From assembly GCA_041576165.1 (NCBI GenBank), contig JBFGLM010000004.1, positions 32,001 through 96,000 on the forward strand: DNA of 64,000 nucleotides, read 5' to 3'. The first letter of the stretch is position 1. Each line of letters starts with the position of its first letter. Shown piece after piece: positions 63,222 through 64,000 of the stretch. The stretch comes from Acidimicrobiia bacterium. GTDB lineage: Bacteria > Actinomycetota > Acidimicrobiia > Spongiisociales > Spongiisociaceae. Made by a program: the position numbers and the translations under genes. The notes under the pieces were generated by a model, which saw only the letters and a list, made by a program, of their open reading frames with translations, was not told the origin of the DNA and searched no databases.

Positions 63222-64000
63222 TCAGCCCGTGGCCCCGGCCATCACTACTGAGTCCCCGGTGGTCGGATCACGATCGAGCACGATCAGATCTTCCATCCGT
63301 TGACACATCTCCGCCACGTGGCTGACCACCACCACCAAGCGGTTAGTGCCGTCGGCCACCAGCTGCTCGATGCCGTCCATGGCGAGGTCGAGATGCTCCG
63401 GATCGAGCGACCCGAAGCCTTCGTCCAGGAAGAAGGCGTCGAGCCTCCCGCCTGTGCGGCTCACCATCTCCGCCAGCCCCAGGGCCAGCCCGAGTGACGC
63501 CAAGAATGTCTCGCCGCCCGACAAGCTGTCCGCTTTGCGCACCGAGTCGGCCGAGGTGAGGTCAACGACCTCGAACGACCCGTCGTCGGTGAACCGGTAA
63601 CGTCCCGAGGACAGCCGCTGAAAGTGGTCCGATCCGAGCTCAGCCAGCCCAGCCCGTTCTTCGTCGAGCAGGTAACGGATGAAGCGGGCGTCGGTGAGAT
63701 CGCCGGCAATCCGCCGGAAGCGCTCCACGTCATCCACTGCCCGTTGGCGCGCGTCGAGGAGGTCCTCCGAGTCGGCCACGAGCTTCTCATCAGCTTGGAT
63801 CGCCTCGGCCAGCATGCCGACCGCTGTCTCGGCCTCGGCTTTGGCCGCGTCGAACGTTGTCTTGACTCCGAGCTCTGCGAAGACCTCCTTGAGCTCACGG
63901 TCGGCTTCGGCGGTGGTCGCATTGGCGCGTTCGACGTCTGCCGCCAACCGGATTGTCTCAGCAGCCCATCCCTCCCTGACTTCTCGTAACGCGGCTTCGA
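63222..64000 (-). CDS. sbcC: SbcC/SMC-family ATPase, C-terminal part; 5' end outside window
   Basis: Coiled coil, LSGGETFLASL signature, FLDEGFGSLD Walker B/D-loop, VVSH. Confidence 0.88.
   Translation of the reverse strand, partial: EAALREVREGWAAETIRLAADVERANATTAEADRELKEVFAELGVKTTFDAAKAEAETAVGMLAEAIQADEKLVADSEDLLDARQRAVDDVERFRRIAGDLTDARFIRYLLDEERAGLAELGSDHFQRLSSGRYRFTDDGSFEVVDLTSADSVRKADSLSGGETFLASLGLALGLAEMVSRTGGRLDAFFLDEGFGSLDPEHLDLAMDGIEQLVADGTNRLVVVVSHVAEMCQRMEDLIVLDRDPTTGDSVVMAGATG

Overview
GC-rich actinobacterial chromosome segment; gene content and leaderless-type promoters suggest Acidimicrobiia (inference). It is mostly housekeeping: PlsB tail, orphan 2-oxoacid dehydrogenase E1 alpha/beta, PolX-PHP, malic enzyme, a phosphate cluster (pstSCAB-phoU-regX3-senX3-Na/Pi transporter-phoU2) directly downstream of amtB-glnK-glnD, an NHL-thioredoxin lipoprotein, NfuA, glucan/trehalose genes (malQ, pfkA, treS-kinase fusion, otsA, GH13), fatty-acid catabolism, SseA/SufE, MurI, Ppx, a YchF-like ATPase, GpsA, Ung, an ECF sigma/anti-sigma operon and an SbcC tail. 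I saw no tRNA, rRNA, CRISPR array or mobile element. The strongest unexplained signal is a ~160-nt structured small-RNA candidate (54604-54763) with its own sigma70-type promoter and terminator, converging on an orphan FlgM-like anti-sigma gene that has a sigma28-type promoter. Other signals: an unannotated 59-aa gene divergent from an Lrp regulator across an AT-rich island, an apparent ATC start for pstC, an in-frame TAG in a secreted EEP phosphatase gene, a degenerate kinase domain fused to TreS, PHO-box and GlnR-box arrays, and a long hairpin between glnK and glnD. All family assignments come from motif recognition only; no database search was run.
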